DNA of 64,000 nt. It comes from Gemmatimonadota bacterium (lineage in GTDB: Bacteria; Gemmatimonadota; Gemmatimonadetes; Gemmatimonadales; GWC2-71-9). Position 1 is the stretch's first letter. Every line of letters begins with the position of its first letter. Below are positions 18,608 through 28,788 of this stretch, piece by piece. The notes under the pieces are model-generated. The model made no database searches. It saw only the letters and a list, made by a program, of their open reading frames with translations, and was not told the origin of the DNA. The DNA lies in assembly GCA_039930765.1 (NCBI GenBank), contig JBDTTF010000106.1, positions 30,373 through 94,372 on the forward strand. The letters are read 5' to 3'. Position numbers and translations under genes: made by a program.

Positions 18608-19672
18608 TCAGGTCTTGGAGAGTGAATCAGTCTCCGTCCTGAGTTGTCCGCATGCCGCACTGATATCCAGGCCCCGGCTCCGCCGGACTACCGCCTCGAC
18701 TCCCTGATTCTGCAACCGCGCGGCGAATTTCCGGATCCGATCGGGCGCGGTCGGCGTCAGCCCGGGCGCGCCGCCGGGATGGAGCGGCAGCAGGTTGACC
18801 AGTGCACCTGAACGATGGGCCAGCTTGGCCAGTGCATCGGCGTCCTGGTCGCTGTCGTTCTTGCCGGCGATCAGCACGTATTCGAAGGTGATCCGCTTGG
18901 CGAACGCCGTGGAGGCCTTCAGCACCTCATCCAATCCATACTTTTTCTGTATTGGCATGATCGACTGGCGCCGAGCCGGTGTGGCGGCGTGCAGTGAGAT
19001 GGCCAGCCGGAACTGTTCGGGGCGCTTGGCCAGCTGCTCCATGCCGGGCAGGATTCCCACCGTGGAGACCGTAATGTGCCGGGCGCCGATGCCGAGGGCG
19101 TCCGGGTGGTTGAGCAGCGTCAAGGCGCCATCGACACCGGGCCAGTTGAGCAGCGGCTCGCCCATGCCCATGAACACCACGTTGGTCGGCGCCAGGTCCG
19201 GATACCGCAGCACGATTTCCCGGGCCTGCCCGGCAATCTCGAACACGGAGAGATTGCGCCGGTAACCCATCCGCCCGGTGGCGCAGAAGACGCAACCCAG
19301 GGCGCAGCCGGCCTGCGACGAAATGCAAAGGGTCCGGCGTCCGCCACTCGGGATCAGGACCGACTCGATCAACTCGCCGTCGGCCAGCCGCCACAGAAAT
19401 TTCCGGGTACCGTCGCTCGAGAGTTGCTCCGTGGCGAGTTCGAGGCGCGGCAGCGGCAGCTCCCGGTCGAGGGTGGCTCGGAGTGCGGCCGGCAGGTCGG
19501 TGGCGTCCGCCCAGCGTGCGACCGGTCGCCCCCAAAGTCTGGGGAAGAGCTGCCGGGCCCGATAAGCGGGGAGGCCAGCCGATTCGACCAGCGCGGCCAG
19601 GCGTTGGCGGGCCGCATCGGGTACCAGGTCGAGGATGGTGGCCGGACTGTCGGCCGGGGAGCGCTGACTCAT
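18608..19672 (-). CDS. rlmN: 23S rRNA/tRNA (adenine-C2)-methyltransferase, radical SAM
   Basis: CISSQAGCALGCVFCATG radical-SAM cluster motif, GMGEPLLN and a C-terminal catalytic Cys region. Confidence 0.9.
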   Translation of the reverse strand: MSQRSPADSPATILDLVPDAARQRLAALVESAGLPAYRARQLFPRLWGRPVARWADATDLPAALRATLDRELPLPRLELATEQLSSDGTRKFLWRLADGELIESVLIPSGGRRTLCISSQAGCALGCVFCATGRMGYRRNLSVFEIAGQAREIVLRYPDLAPTNVVFMGMGEPLLNWPGVDGALTLLNHPDALGIGARHITVSTVGILPGMEQLAKRPEQFRLAISLHAATPARRQSIMPIQKKYGLDEVLKASTAFAKRITFEYVLIAGKNDSDQDADALAKLAHRSGALVNLLPLHPGGAPGLTPTAPDRIRKFAARLQNQGVEAVVRRSRGLDISAACGQLRTETDSLSKT

Positions 19673-19783
19673 GGTGCCAAGATAACGCAGCTTGCAGAAA
19701 ACGACCTAACCCTGTGCGGCATCGTTGCTTGCTGCGCTGGTGGCCCGCCGTTAGTTTATCTCCATCCTGACCCCTCATCCCAA

Positions 19784-20236
19784 GTGCTGCTGACTGAACT
19801 CCTGCCGGCCGACCGGATCCGACTCCCGCTTCAGGCCACCGACAAAACTGGCGTGCTCAAGGAACTGGTCGATTTTCTGGCCGAGCGTTCCGGCGGCAAC
19901 GCGACTGAAATCCTGGCCGCGGTCCGTGAGCGCGAAGCGGTGCTGAGTACCGGTATCGGTTTCGGCATTGCCATCCCCCACGCCAAAGCCCCTTCGGTGG
20001 CCACCCTGGGCCTGGTCGCGGGAGTCTCGAAACTTCCGATTTCGTTCGACGCCATCGATGGTGAACCAGTCCGGCTGTTCTTCCTGCTGGTTGGCCCCGA
20101 GGCCGCCGCGGGGCTGCACGTCAAGGCACTGAGCCGGATAGCCCGCGTCGTCCGGCGCGAGCAGGTCCGCGAGGCGCTGCTGGCTGCTGCCACGGCCGAG
20201 GCGTTCGTCAAGATTATTGCCACGGCCGAAGACTGA
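19784..20236 (+). CDS. ptsN: PTS EIIA (type 2, nitrogen-regulatory PtsN-like)
   Basis: LSTGIGFGIAIPHAK active-site His region with the VRLFFLLVGPE layout. GTG 19784 is the first start outside rlmN. The rest of ORF 19076.. is antisense to rlmN. Confidence 0.7.
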   Translation: MLLTELLPADRIRLPLQATDKTGVLKELVDFLAERSGGNATEILAAVREREAVLSTGIGFGIAIPHAKAPSVATLGLVAGVSKLPISFDAIDGEPVRLFFLLVGPEAAAGLHVKALSRIARVVRREQVREALLAAATAEAFVKIIATAED

Positions 20237-20243
20237 GCCGCCG

Positions 20244-22022
20244 ATGACCGCCACCGCACTCCGGACTCATCGCTGCGGCAGCCTGTCGCGCGCCGAGGTG
20301 GGCCAGACCGTACGGCTCGGCGGCTGGGTGCACCGGACCCGTGACCTTGGCGGTGTCGTCTTCATCGACCTGCGCGATCTGGATGGCCTGGTGCAGCTCT
20401 CGCTCAATCCACGCTGGACTCCACCGGAGGTGCTGGCACTCGGCGCGTCGGTCGGGCTGGAGTCGGTGGTCCTGGTGACCGGGCAGGTCGCCATGCGCCC
20501 CGAATCGGCCCGGGAGAGTTCGCTGGCCACCCGCGAGATCGAAGTGCAGGTGACGGGACTCGAGGTGGTCGGTCCCGCCGTCACCCCGGCGATTCCGGTC
20601 GGACGGAAAGAAGGGGAAGAGCTGCCGGCCGAAGAGCTCCGGCTCAAGCACCGGGTGCTCGATCTCCGCCGGCCTGAGCTGCAGCGCAACCTGATCCTCC
20701 GGCACCGGCTGATGCAGCGGGCCAGGCGGACCCTCACCGAGCTCGATTTCCTCGAGATCGAAACCCCGATTCTCACCAAGCCAACACCCGAAGGTGCCCG
20801 CGATTACCTGGTGCCGAGCCGGGTACATCCGGGTGAGTTCTACGCCTTGCCGCAATCGCCGCAGATCTACAAGCAGCTGCTGATGGTGGCGGGCTTCGAT
20901 CGGTATTTCCAGATTGCCCGCTGCTTCCGGGACGAGGACCTGCGGGCCGACCGCCAGCCCGAGTTTACCCAGATCGACGTCGAGGCCTCGTTCATTTCGG
21001 CCGACGATGTGATGGCGGTGATCGAGCGGGTGTTGATCGATCTCTGGACCCAGGAAGGACACCTGGTGCCGTCGCCCTTTCCACGATTGTCATGGCGCGA
21101 GGCCATGGAGCGGTTCGGCATCGACAAGCCCGATCTCCGCTATGGCCTCGAAATCCAGGACCTGACCATGCTGGCAGGCCCCGACGCGGCGCCATTCGTC
21201 CACGAAGCCATTTCAGCTGGCGGCCGGCTGCGCGGAATTGTGATGGAGGGCGGAGCCGCGCTGTCACGCAAGGAGCTTGACAGTCTCGCCGCCCTGGCCA
21301 GGAGTGCCAAAGCCGGCGGCCTGATCTGGGCCAAGCGCACCTCGACAGGATGGGAAGGGCAGGGCGTCAAGGCGGCGGGCCAGACCATGCTTGACCAGAT
21401 CACCGCCCGGGAAGGCACGCTGCTGCTTGCCGTCGTCGGTGCGGACGCGGTCACTTCATCGGCGCTCCACTCCATTCGCTCGACCCTGATCCGACGGCCG
21501 GGAATCACACCGTTCTCCGATCACGCCTTCTGCTGGGTGGTGGACTTTCCGCTGTTCGAGCAGGACGCCGCAACAGGTCAGTTCGTCCCGGCCCACCATC
21601 CGTTCACTGCTCCGCACCCGGCGGACGCGGGCCGGCTCGACAGCCATCCCGGCGAATGCCGAGCCCAGCATTACGATGCAGTGTACAACGGCAACGAGCT
21701 GGGTAGCGGCTCGATCCGGATCACCACGCCAGAGCTCCAGCGCAAGATTTTCGACCTGCTCGGCATTCCGGACGCGGAAATCCGCCGCCGATTCGGATTC
21801 CTGCTCGACGGGCTGGCCGCGGGGGCGCCGCCCCATGGTGGTTTTGCACTCGGAGTCGACCGGATCGCGATGCTGCTGGCCGGTGCCACCAGTTTGCGCG
21901 ACGTGATCGCCTTTCCCAAGACCACCACGGCGCGAGCGCTGTTCGAGGGCGCGCCGACGGAGGTAAAGGAGGCGGACTTGCGCGCGTTGCACCTTGCCGT
22001 GACCCGTGATGCGGGATCCTGA
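20244..22022 (+). CDS. aspS: aspartate--tRNA ligase
   Basis: OB-fold N-terminus GWVHRTRDLGGVVFIDLRD. Class II motifs FRDEDLRADRQPEFTQID and GGFALGVDRIAMLL. Confidence 0.95.
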   Translation: MTATALRTHRCGSLSRAEVGQTVRLGGWVHRTRDLGGVVFIDLRDLDGLVQLSLNPRWTPPEVLALGASVGLESVVLVTGQVAMRPESARESSLATREIEVQVTGLEVVGPAVTPAIPVGRKEGEELPAEELRLKHRVLDLRRPELQRNLILRHRLMQRARRTLTELDFLEIETPILTKPTPEGARDYLVPSRVHPGEFYALPQSPQIYKQLLMVAGFDRYFQIARCFRDEDLRADRQPEFTQIDVEASFISADDVMAVIERVLIDLWTQEGHLVPSPFPRLSWREAMERFGIDKPDLRYGLEIQDLTMLAGPDAAPFVHEAISAGGRLRGIVMEGGAALSRKELDSLAALARSAKAGGLIWAKRTSTGWEGQGVKAAGQTMLDQITAREGTLLLAVVGADAVTSSALHSIRSTLIRRPGITPFSDHAFCWVVDFPLFEQDAATGQFVPAHHPFTAPHPADAGRLDSHPGECRAQHYDAVYNGNELGSGSIRITTPELQRKIFDLLGIPDAEIRRRFGFLLDGLAAGAPPHGGFALGVDRIAMLLAGATSLRDVIAFPKTTTARALFEGAPTEVKEADLRALHLAVTRDAGS

Positions 22023-22080
22023 CGAAGGGCGCTGCACCGGTGCGGTCCCTGGTCGCCCGGAACCCGCCTTAGGAGGTTGA

Positions 22081-23031
22081 ATGCCTGACGAAATCACCTC
22101 ACGTCTGTCGACCGAAGGCGCCGATCCACTGCTGCTCGGCGGGGTCAATGACGCCAACCTGATTGAACTCGAGCGACTGCTCGGGATCCGCGCGACGCTG
22201 CGGGGAGATACCCTGTCGCTGACCGGTACCACCGAGCGGGTCGAGCGGGCGATCGGGGTGGTGCAGGGACTGGTTGAACTGGCCCGCATGGGCGAGGCCG
22301 TGGCGCTGAGTGATGTGAATCGTCTGGCCAGCGAGGGGCCAACCGCCGAAGCGCCGGATGAGCAGTCGCAGAAGATCGTGCTGCCCGGGCTGCGCCGAGT
22401 CATCTCGGCGCGGACACCGGGGCAGGGGGCCTACCTGCAGACCATCGCGACCAATGATATCGTCATTGGCATTGGACCCGCGGGCACCGGTAAGACCTAT
22501 CTGGCGGTAGCCAAGGCGGTGGAGGCGCTGGCCCGCAAGCGGGTCCGCCGGATCATCCTTGCCCGGCCGGCCGTCGAAGCCGGCGAATCGCTCGGCTTCC
22601 TCCCCGGCGATATCCAGGCCAAGGTCGATCCCTACCTCCGCCCGCTGTACGACGCGCTCGAAGACATGATGCCCGCGGACCGGGTGCAAAAGGCGCTGGA
22701 AAGCCGGATCATCGAGATCGCCCCGCTCGCCTACATGCGGGGCCGGACCCTGTCGGATGCCTTCATCATTCTCGACGAAGCGCAGAACGCCACGGCGGCC
22801 CAGATGAAAATGTTCCTGACCCGGCTCGGGGTGAACAGCAAGACCGTCATCACCGGTGACAAGACCCAGGTCGATCTGCCCCGGCGCGAAGACAGTGGCC
22901 TGATCCAGGTCGAGCGGATCCTGCCCGGGATTGACGGCATCGCGTTCTGCTACCTCAACGAGTCCGATGTGGTACGCCACCGGCTGGTACGGCAGATCAT
23001 CCGGGCCTACGCGGAGGACCAGGGCGGCTGA
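22081..23031 (+). CDS. phoH: PhoH-like ATPase
   Basis: Walker A GPAGTGKTYLAVA, DEAQN and VITGDKTQVDLP motifs. Confidence 0.9.
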   Translation: MPDEITSRLSTEGADPLLLGGVNDANLIELERLLGIRATLRGDTLSLTGTTERVERAIGVVQGLVELARMGEAVALSDVNRLASEGPTAEAPDEQSQKIVLPGLRRVISARTPGQGAYLQTIATNDIVIGIGPAGTGKTYLAVAKAVEALARKRVRRIILARPAVEAGESLGFLPGDIQAKVDPYLRPLYDALEDMMPADRVQKALESRIIEIAPLAYMRGRTLSDAFIILDEAQNATAAQMKMFLTRLGVNSKTVITGDKTQVDLPRREDSGLIQVERILPGIDGIAFCYLNESDVVRHRLVRQIIRAYAEDQGG

Positions 23032-24482
23032 TGCGCAAGGCTGGACTCGCGCCGCTTCGGGAGGCCGCGGCCGCCCGCACGACGGCGGAGCGGGTCCGCT
23101 ACCATGGCGCACGCTGGGGACTGCTGCTGATCGTGGCCGCCGTGGTGCGGCTGTGCTTTCCGCCACCCGCCGTTGATCTCGAACTGGCCGGCCTTTCCCC
23201 GTGGCTGCTCGGGCCGCTGCTGTACGACTCGATCCTGCTCAGCATCTTCTGGTTCCTCCTGATCTATTATCGCCGGGAAACCTGGGACCAGTTCCGCGAG
23301 ATGATCTTCTTCTCCGGCCTGTTCATCCTCGTCATCGCGCTGTCCGGGCTGCTGCAGCACCTGTTTCCGCTCCGCCCTGAACTGATTCCGCTGCCGTTTG
23401 CGACGGTACTCATCACCGTACTGTATAACGGCCGTCTCTCGGTCTTTGCCGCGGTGACGCTGGCGCTGGTCATCGGGCTGCAATGGGAACTTCGTGACGG
23501 CTCCGCCTTGCTGTTCGCACTGGCCGGAGGGCTGGCCGGGGCACTCGGCGTTCGGGCGGTACGCCACCGGCGGCAGGTGTTTACCACCATCCTGACGGTG
23601 GCGGTTGCCATGGCGCTGGCCAGCCTGGCGCTGGGGCTGCGACTGGGCTGGAGCGGGGACAGCATTGGCTTGAGCGCGATCGCCGGATCGGTACTGGCGC
23701 TGGGGTCGGTGTCGGTCGCCCTGGCCCTGCTGCCAGTGGCCGAATCAATCACTGGCCGGACGACCGACCTGACCCTCCTGGAACTGTCCGACCCGGGCCA
23801 GCCACTGCTCCGCCGCCTGGCGGCTGAGGCGCCGGGCACCTGGGCCCACAGCCAGGCCGTGGCCAGTCTGTCGGAGGCGGCCGCCGACGCGATCGGCGCT
23901 GACGGCTTGCTGGCCAGGGTTGGTTGCTACTATCACGACATCGGGAAATTGCTGCACCCGGAATGGTTCGTCGAGAATCAGGCGGGCGGCGTCAATCCGC
24001 ATGAACGGCTGGCGCCGGAAGAGTCGGTCAGGATGATACGAGAGCACGTCGATGCCGGGTTACGGCTGGCCAGGGACACTCACCTGCCGCTGGCACTACA
24101 GACCTTCATTGCCGAGCATCACGGCACCAGCCGGCTGGAACATTTCTACCAGGCCAGAGCCAACGGTGCCACCGGCGACCAGCAGTTCCGCTATGGCGGT
24201 CCGAGGCCCAGCACCGCGGAAACGGCGGTGGTGATGCTGGCCGACGCGGCCGAGGCGGCTACTCGGGCGCTGGAAACGCCCGACCCGGGCAAGCTGCGCG
24301 AGGCCATCGACCGGGTCATCAGCCAGCGAGTGAACAACGGTGAGCTGCGCGATGCCCCATTGACCCTCAGGGACCTCGATCAGATCGGCGCTACCTTTGC
24401 GCGGCTGCTGGCCGGGATGCACCATGGACGGCTGCGGTACCCCGAGCCGGCCAATTCGCTGACGGGAGCCGTGGGTGGCTGA
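23031..24482 (+). CDS. 7TM-HD membrane phosphohydrolase (PgpH/YqfF-like HDIG protein)
   Basis: Seven hydrophobic helices followed by HSQAVASL..CYYHDIGK..FIAEHHG (HDIG). Shorter than PgpH because the long ectodomain is missing. Confidence 0.75.
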   Translation: MRKAGLAPLREAAAARTTAERVRYHGARWGLLLIVAAVVRLCFPPPAVDLELAGLSPWLLGPLLYDSILLSIFWFLLIYYRRETWDQFREMIFFSGLFILVIALSGLLQHLFPLRPELIPLPFATVLITVLYNGRLSVFAAVTLALVIGLQWELRDGSALLFALAGGLAGALGVRAVRHRRQVFTTILTVAVAMALASLALGLRLGWSGDSIGLSAIAGSVLALGSVSVALALLPVAESITGRTTDLTLLELSDPGQPLLRRLAAEAPGTWAHSQAVASLSEAAADAIGADGLLARVGCYYHDIGKLLHPEWFVENQAGGVNPHERLAPEESVRMIREHVDAGLRLARDTHLPLALQTFIAEHHGTSRLEHFYQARANGATGDQQFRYGGPRPSTAETAVVMLADAAEAATRALETPDPGKLREAIDRVISQRVNNGELRDAPLTLRDLDQIGATFARLLAGMHHGRLRYPEPANSLTGAVGG

Positions 24483-24906
24483 GTCGCGGCTGATCGCGCT
24501 GGCGGTCGGGGGCAGCGTAGCCGGACTGCCGGCGGCGCGAGTCCGGCGGCTGGTCGAGGGAGTTCTGGCCGGCGAACGCAAGCGGGCCGCCGTCTCGGTG
24601 ACCTTTCTGGGCGCCCGCGCGATGCGTACGCTCAACCGGCGCTGGAAGCGGCACGACCGGCCGACCGACGTGATCGCGTTCGGCATGGTCGGGGTTGAGG
24701 GTGGGTTGACGGGCGACATCTATATCTGTCCGGATGTGGCCCGGTCGGAAGCCCGCCGGCGCGGTCTCCCGCCCGCCGACGAGATGAGCCGCCTGGTGAT
24801 TCACGGAGTGTTGCACCTGGCCGGGTGGGACCACCCGGCGGGTTTGACTCGCGAGCGCTCGCCAATGTGGCGGCGACAGGAAAAGTATCTGGAGCGGCTG
24901 GGATGA
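24475..24906 (+). CDS. ybeY: rRNA maturation endoribonuclease YbeY
   Basis: HGVLHLAGWDH zinc motif at 143 aa, in the conserved position after phoH. Confidence 0.9.
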   Translation: MAESRLIALAVGGSVAGLPAARVRRLVEGVLAGERKRAAVSVTFLGARAMRTLNRRWKRHDRPTDVIAFGMVGVEGGLTGDIYICPDVARSEARRRGLPPADEMSRLVIHGVLHLAGWDHPAGLTRERSPMWRRQEKYLERLG

Positions 24907-26111
24907 TCGTCGAACTGCTGCACCACTATCTGACTCCCGGATTGGCCGCCTGCTTCAGTCTGTGGGCGGCCTGGCTGGCGCTTGCGGCCGAGGCCGAGGC
25001 CGACCTGCCCCGGGTGCTGGCGGACCAGATCCCGCTGGAGAAGGGTGCCCTCTCCTCGTCCCGCGGCCTGTATGTAGCCCATCTCGCACTGCTGGTCTTT
25101 GCCAGCGCCTCCAGCGCGACGGCGGTCAGCTGGTGGCTCTGGTCGCCGGTCGGTGCCCTGGGCCGTCTGGTGGTGGCCACTGGCCTGGTCTGGGTAGTGG
25201 CGTGCTCGATGCCGAGGCTGCTCTCGGCACTGAACCCGGAGCTCCCGGAAGCGGTCCGTCCCGCGGCCATTCGCACCCTGTTCTTCTTCCGGCCGCTGCT
25301 CAGCCTGGTTGCCGGGGCCGATGCCAGGGTTAAGGTCAAAGGCGCCCAGCGGACTCCGGCATCCGAACGGAGCGGCGCCGACCAGCGGGATATGCTGTTC
25401 GGCCTGTTCTCGCTGACGGATACCACGGTCGCCGAGGTGATGACCCCCCGGCTCGACATCATGGCGGTCGATGCCTCGGCATCGTCCGATGAAGTCGTGG
25501 CGGTGTTCCGGAATTCCGAGCACTCGCGCCTGCTGGTGTACGATGGCCAGTCCGATGCCGTGGCGGGCGTGCTGTATGCCAAGGACATGCTGGCCAGTGT
25601 CTCCCGGGAGGATTCGGACAACTGGGCGGCCTTGATCCGACCGGCCGCGTACGTTCCCGAGGGCAAGACACTCGACCGGCAGCTGCGGGATTTCCAGCGG
25701 GGACCGGCTCACCTGGCCGTGGTGGTCGACGAATTCGGCGGCACCGCCGGCATCGTAACGCTCGAAGACATCCTGGAGCAGATCGTTGGCGAGATCCGCG
25801 ATGAACGGGACACCGATGAGGTAGCTCCCATCCAGCCGCTGCCCGATGGCAGCTACGAAGTGGACGGTGGCGTGGCCCTCTCCGAGCTCGAAGGGATCCT
25901 GGGTCACAACTTCGAGCGCCAGGACGTGAGCACCGTTGGCGGATTGATTCTCGCCGAACTCGGCCACGTGCCCAAGACCGGAGAAGAGGTGGTCCTCGGC
26001 GGTTACCGATTCCGGGTGGACCTGGTGTCGCGACGCCGGATCCGCCGAGTGCAGGTGGCACCGCCGCTGGCGGAGCAGCCCGAAGTACCGCAGGAGGCGG
26101 CTGCCTCATGA
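24903..26111 (+). CDS. HlyC/CorC-family transporter-associated protein (DUF21-CBS-CorC_HlyC)
   Basis: ATG 24903 (ATGA with ybeY). TM N-domain, CBS pair (VMTPRLDI...AVVVDEFGGTAGIVTLEDILEQIVGEI) and a CorC_HlyC tail. Confidence 0.8.
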   Translation: MIVELLHHYLTPGLAACFSLWAAWLALAAEAEADLPRVLADQIPLEKGALSSSRGLYVAHLALLVFASASSATAVSWWLWSPVGALGRLVVATGLVWVVACSMPRLLSALNPELPEAVRPAAIRTLFFFRPLLSLVAGADARVKVKGAQRTPASERSGADQRDMLFGLFSLTDTTVAEVMTPRLDIMAVDASASSDEVVAVFRNSEHSRLLVYDGQSDAVAGVLYAKDMLASVSREDSDNWAALIRPAAYVPEGKTLDRQLRDFQRGPAHLAVVVDEFGGTAGIVTLEDILEQIVGEIRDERDTDEVAPIQPLPDGSYEVDGGVALSELEGILGHNFERQDVSTVGGLILAELGHVPKTGEEVVLGGYRFRVDLVSRRRIRRVQVAPPLAEQPEVPQEAAAS

Positions 26112-27310
26112 TCTGGCTGGTGTTCTGGGTCGGATTGATCCTGGCGCTGTTCGGTGCCATGGCGGGAGCGGCGCTGGTGACAGCCAGCCGGGAAGAACTG
26201 GCCCGTTCAGCCACCCGCCGGCTGCGTGGCGCACCGGGGTCGCTGACCTGGATTGCGGAGGTCGAGCGGGACCTTGCGGTCGCGTCCGCCACCACCGCCC
26301 TCGGCGTCATCGTGCTCGGCGCCGTTGCCCCGGCCTACCTGGCTGGCGCCAGGTTGCTCGACCTGGCGCTCTTCGTGGTGCTGATCGCGGCACCACTGGC
26401 GGTGTTCAGCGGGTATCTCGTGCCGCGCTGGCTGACCCGGCCGTACGCCGCACGGGTGCGCAACGCGCTCAGCCCGATTCTTCGTCCCTGGGGACGACTG
26501 CTTGGGCTGCTGCTGCCGGCCCGGCCCTCGCGCCCACAGGCGGAACTGCAGGCCTTCTGGCGCGATGCGGCGGCCGGCGCGGCGACCGATGAAGAATTGA
26601 TCATGGTCGGCGGCGTCATGACCTTCTCGGCCCGCACCGCACGCGAGGTGATGACGCCCCGAACCGAGATCGTTGCCTCACCGGAGAATGCGTCGATCGA
26701 GGAGATCCGGCTGGTCTTTGCCCAGAGCGGCTACAGCCGGATTCCGGTCTACCGCGGCACCCTGGATGAAATTATCGGGATGCTGCACGCCTTTGACCTG
26801 TTCCGGCTCCGCGAGGGCGATCCGCTGCCGATCCGGCCGGTGGCGCTGGCCCCCGCCAGCCGCTCCTGCGGTGACCTGCTGCTCGATATGCAGCGCGAGC
26901 GCCGCCACCTGGCAGTGGTCCTCGATGAGTTCGGTGGCACCCTCGGCATCCTGACCTTCGAGGATCTGCTGGAGGAGCTGGTCGGCGAAATCTTTGACGA
27001 ACATGACGAGGGGGTCGTGCCGGCACAGGTCGCTGCCACCGGCATTCTCGAAGCCGACGGCTCAACGTCACTGGCCGCCATCGAAGAGCGATTTGGCGTC
27101 AAGCTGCCCGGCACCAGCACCACGATCGGCGGGCTGCTCCTCGAGCTGGCCGGGCGGATTCCGGTCGCCGGAGAGCGGTTCCTGATCGGCGAGCTCGAAC
27201 TCGATGTGCTGCAAGCCACCCCCGCGCGGGTCGATCGCCTGTTGATCCGCCCCGGGCCGGTATTGCGAACGACCCTGGTGCCTTCGCTGCTGTCCTTGTC
27301 CCCCGGATGA
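26108..27310 (+). CDS. second HlyC/CorC-family protein (DUF21-CBS-CorC_HlyC)
   Basis: Same architecture as the preceding gene (VMTPRTEI...AVVLDEFGGTLGILTFEDLLEELVGEI). ATGA overlap. Confidence 0.8.
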   Translation: MIWLVFWVGLILALFGAMAGAALVTASREELARSATRRLRGAPGSLTWIAEVERDLAVASATTALGVIVLGAVAPAYLAGARLLDLALFVVLIAAPLAVFSGYLVPRWLTRPYAARVRNALSPILRPWGRLLGLLLPARPSRPQAELQAFWRDAAAGAATDEELIMVGGVMTFSARTAREVMTPRTEIVASPENASIEEIRLVFAQSGYSRIPVYRGTLDEIIGMLHAFDLFRLREGDPLPIRPVALAPASRSCGDLLLDMQRERRHLAVVLDEFGGTLGILTFEDLLEELVGEIFDEHDEGVVPAQVAATGILEADGSTSLAAIEERFGVKLPGTSTTIGGLLLELAGRIPVAGERFLIGELELDVLQATPARVDRLLIRPGPVLRTTLVPSLLSLSPG

Positions 27311-28644
27311 GCGTCCGCCCCCTCGTCCAGTCGCTACTGGATCTGTTCCGCTCCGGCAACATCAAGGGCTTCCTGGCCAGGGCCCGGCTGGCGGAGCCGG
27401 CTGATCTCGGCGATGTCATGGCCTCGCTCGACGAGAGTGAACGGGTCGAGGTGGCCCGGGCGCTGCCCAGGCGGCTGTCAGGCCAGGCACTCATCGCGAT
27501 GTCCGATGAGGAGGATGCCGAGGAGACGCTGGTGGCCCTCGGCCCGGAGGACGCGGCCGAAGTCGTCGATGAAATGCCGGACGACGACGCGGCCGACATC
27601 CTCGGCGGGCTGACAACCGAGGACCAGGAACGGATCCTGACCCAGGTCGAGGACCGGACCGACGTCGATGCGCTGCTCAAGTACGGCGAGGAGACCGCCG
27701 GCGGACTGATGACCACCCAGATGGTCGTGGTCCAGTCGACCGCGACCGCGGTCGAGGCCATCGAGGCCATTCGCAGCCAGTCCGAGGAGGACGAGGAGTT
27801 CATCGACGTCTTCGTCACCGATGATCACGGCCACCTGGTCGGGATCCTGCCGATCAAGCGGCTGCTGACCAGCCAGCCGGGGCGCACCGTCGGCCAGTTC
27901 ATGGAAGAGGCCGCCATCCGGGTGGAGCCGGATGTTGACCAGGAGGAGGTGGCGCGCCAGATGACGCGCTACAATCTCTCCAACCTTCCGGTGGTGGACT
28001 CCTCCGGCCGGCTGCTCGGACGGGTGACACTCGATGACGTCATTCACGTCGTCGAGGAAGAGAACACCGAGGATATGCTCAAGTTCGGCGGCGTCTCCGC
28101 CGACGAAGAGCTGACCGCCTCCTGGGGGGATGCGGTAAAGAGCCGGCTGCCGTGGCTCTACCTCAACCTGGCCACGGCATTCCTGGCCGGAGCGGTCGTC
28201 TATGTGTATCAGGCCACGATAGCGCGCAATGTGGCTCTGGCCGTCTGGATGCCGATCATCGCCGGGATGGGTGGCAACGCCGGCACCCAGGCGCTGGCCG
28301 TGACGGTACGCCGTCTGGCCATCGGCAACATCCCCGCAGGCCGCTCGGCCGAAGTGGTCGGCAAGGAGATGCTGGTCGGACTGATCAACGGCCTGGCCAA
28401 TGGGCTGGCGGTCGCGATCGTGGCCGTCCTGCTCGGCGAGGGCGCGATTCTCGGGCTGGTGGTCTTCCTGGCCATGGTCGGCAATCTGTTCGTGGCGGGA
28501 TTTGCCGGTGCCCTGATTCCAATCGTGCTGGAGCGCCTCGATATTGACCCGGCCGTGGCGTCATCGATCTTCGTGACGACCTTCACCGATGTGTGCGGCT
28601 TCCTGTTGCTGCTGGGGCTGGCGGGGCGGCTGTTGATCCACTGA
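27307..28644 (+). CDS. mgtE: magnesium transporter MgtE
   Basis: Acidic MgtE_N domain, a CBS pair, and a C-terminal 5-TM domain with GNAGTQALAV and the FAGALIPIVLERLDIDPAVASS motif. Confidence 0.9.
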   Translation: MSVRPLVQSLLDLFRSGNIKGFLARARLAEPADLGDVMASLDESERVEVARALPRRLSGQALIAMSDEEDAEETLVALGPEDAAEVVDEMPDDDAADILGGLTTEDQERILTQVEDRTDVDALLKYGEETAGGLMTTQMVVVQSTATAVEAIEAIRSQSEEDEEFIDVFVTDDHGHLVGILPIKRLLTSQPGRTVGQFMEEAAIRVEPDVDQEEVARQMTRYNLSNLPVVDSSGRLLGRVTLDDVIHVVEEENTEDMLKFGGVSADEELTASWGDAVKSRLPWLYLNLATAFLAGAVVYVYQATIARNVALAVWMPIIAGMGGNAGTQALAVTVRRLAIGNIPAGRSAEVVGKEMLVGLINGLANGLAVAIVAVLLGEGAILGLVVFLAMVGNLFVAGFAGALIPIVLERLDIDPAVASSIFVTTFTDVCGFLLLLGLAGRLLIH

Positions 28645-28650
28645 GATGGG

Positions 28651-28664
28651 AGACGAGAGACGAG
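28651..28664 (+). repeat. perfect tandem heptamer (AGACGAG)x2, 7 nt after the mgtE stop
   Basis: Read directly. Confidence 0.9.
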
Positions 28665-28691
28665 ATGTCCCTCAACTGTCACGTGCTCACG

Positions 28692-28727
28692 AAAACAACC
28701 CCCCGGTGTCTACCGGGGGGTTGTTTT
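28692..28727. terminator. bidirectional Rho-independent terminator between mgtE and the TonB receptor
   Basis: Perfect 16-bp stem aaaacaaccccccggt / accggggggttgtttt with a 4-nt loop. T-runs on both strands. Confidence 0.8.
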
Positions 28728-28788
28728 GTCCTGGAATGCCGGGCCTCGATCCTACCGTCGTTTCAACGGTCCACCGGTACATCGTCCC

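Noticed and set aside
19076-19783. 5' two-thirds of the 386-aa plus-strand ORF
   Set aside because: This part is antisense to rlmN. Only the last 150 codons, from GTG 19784, show the EIIA fold.
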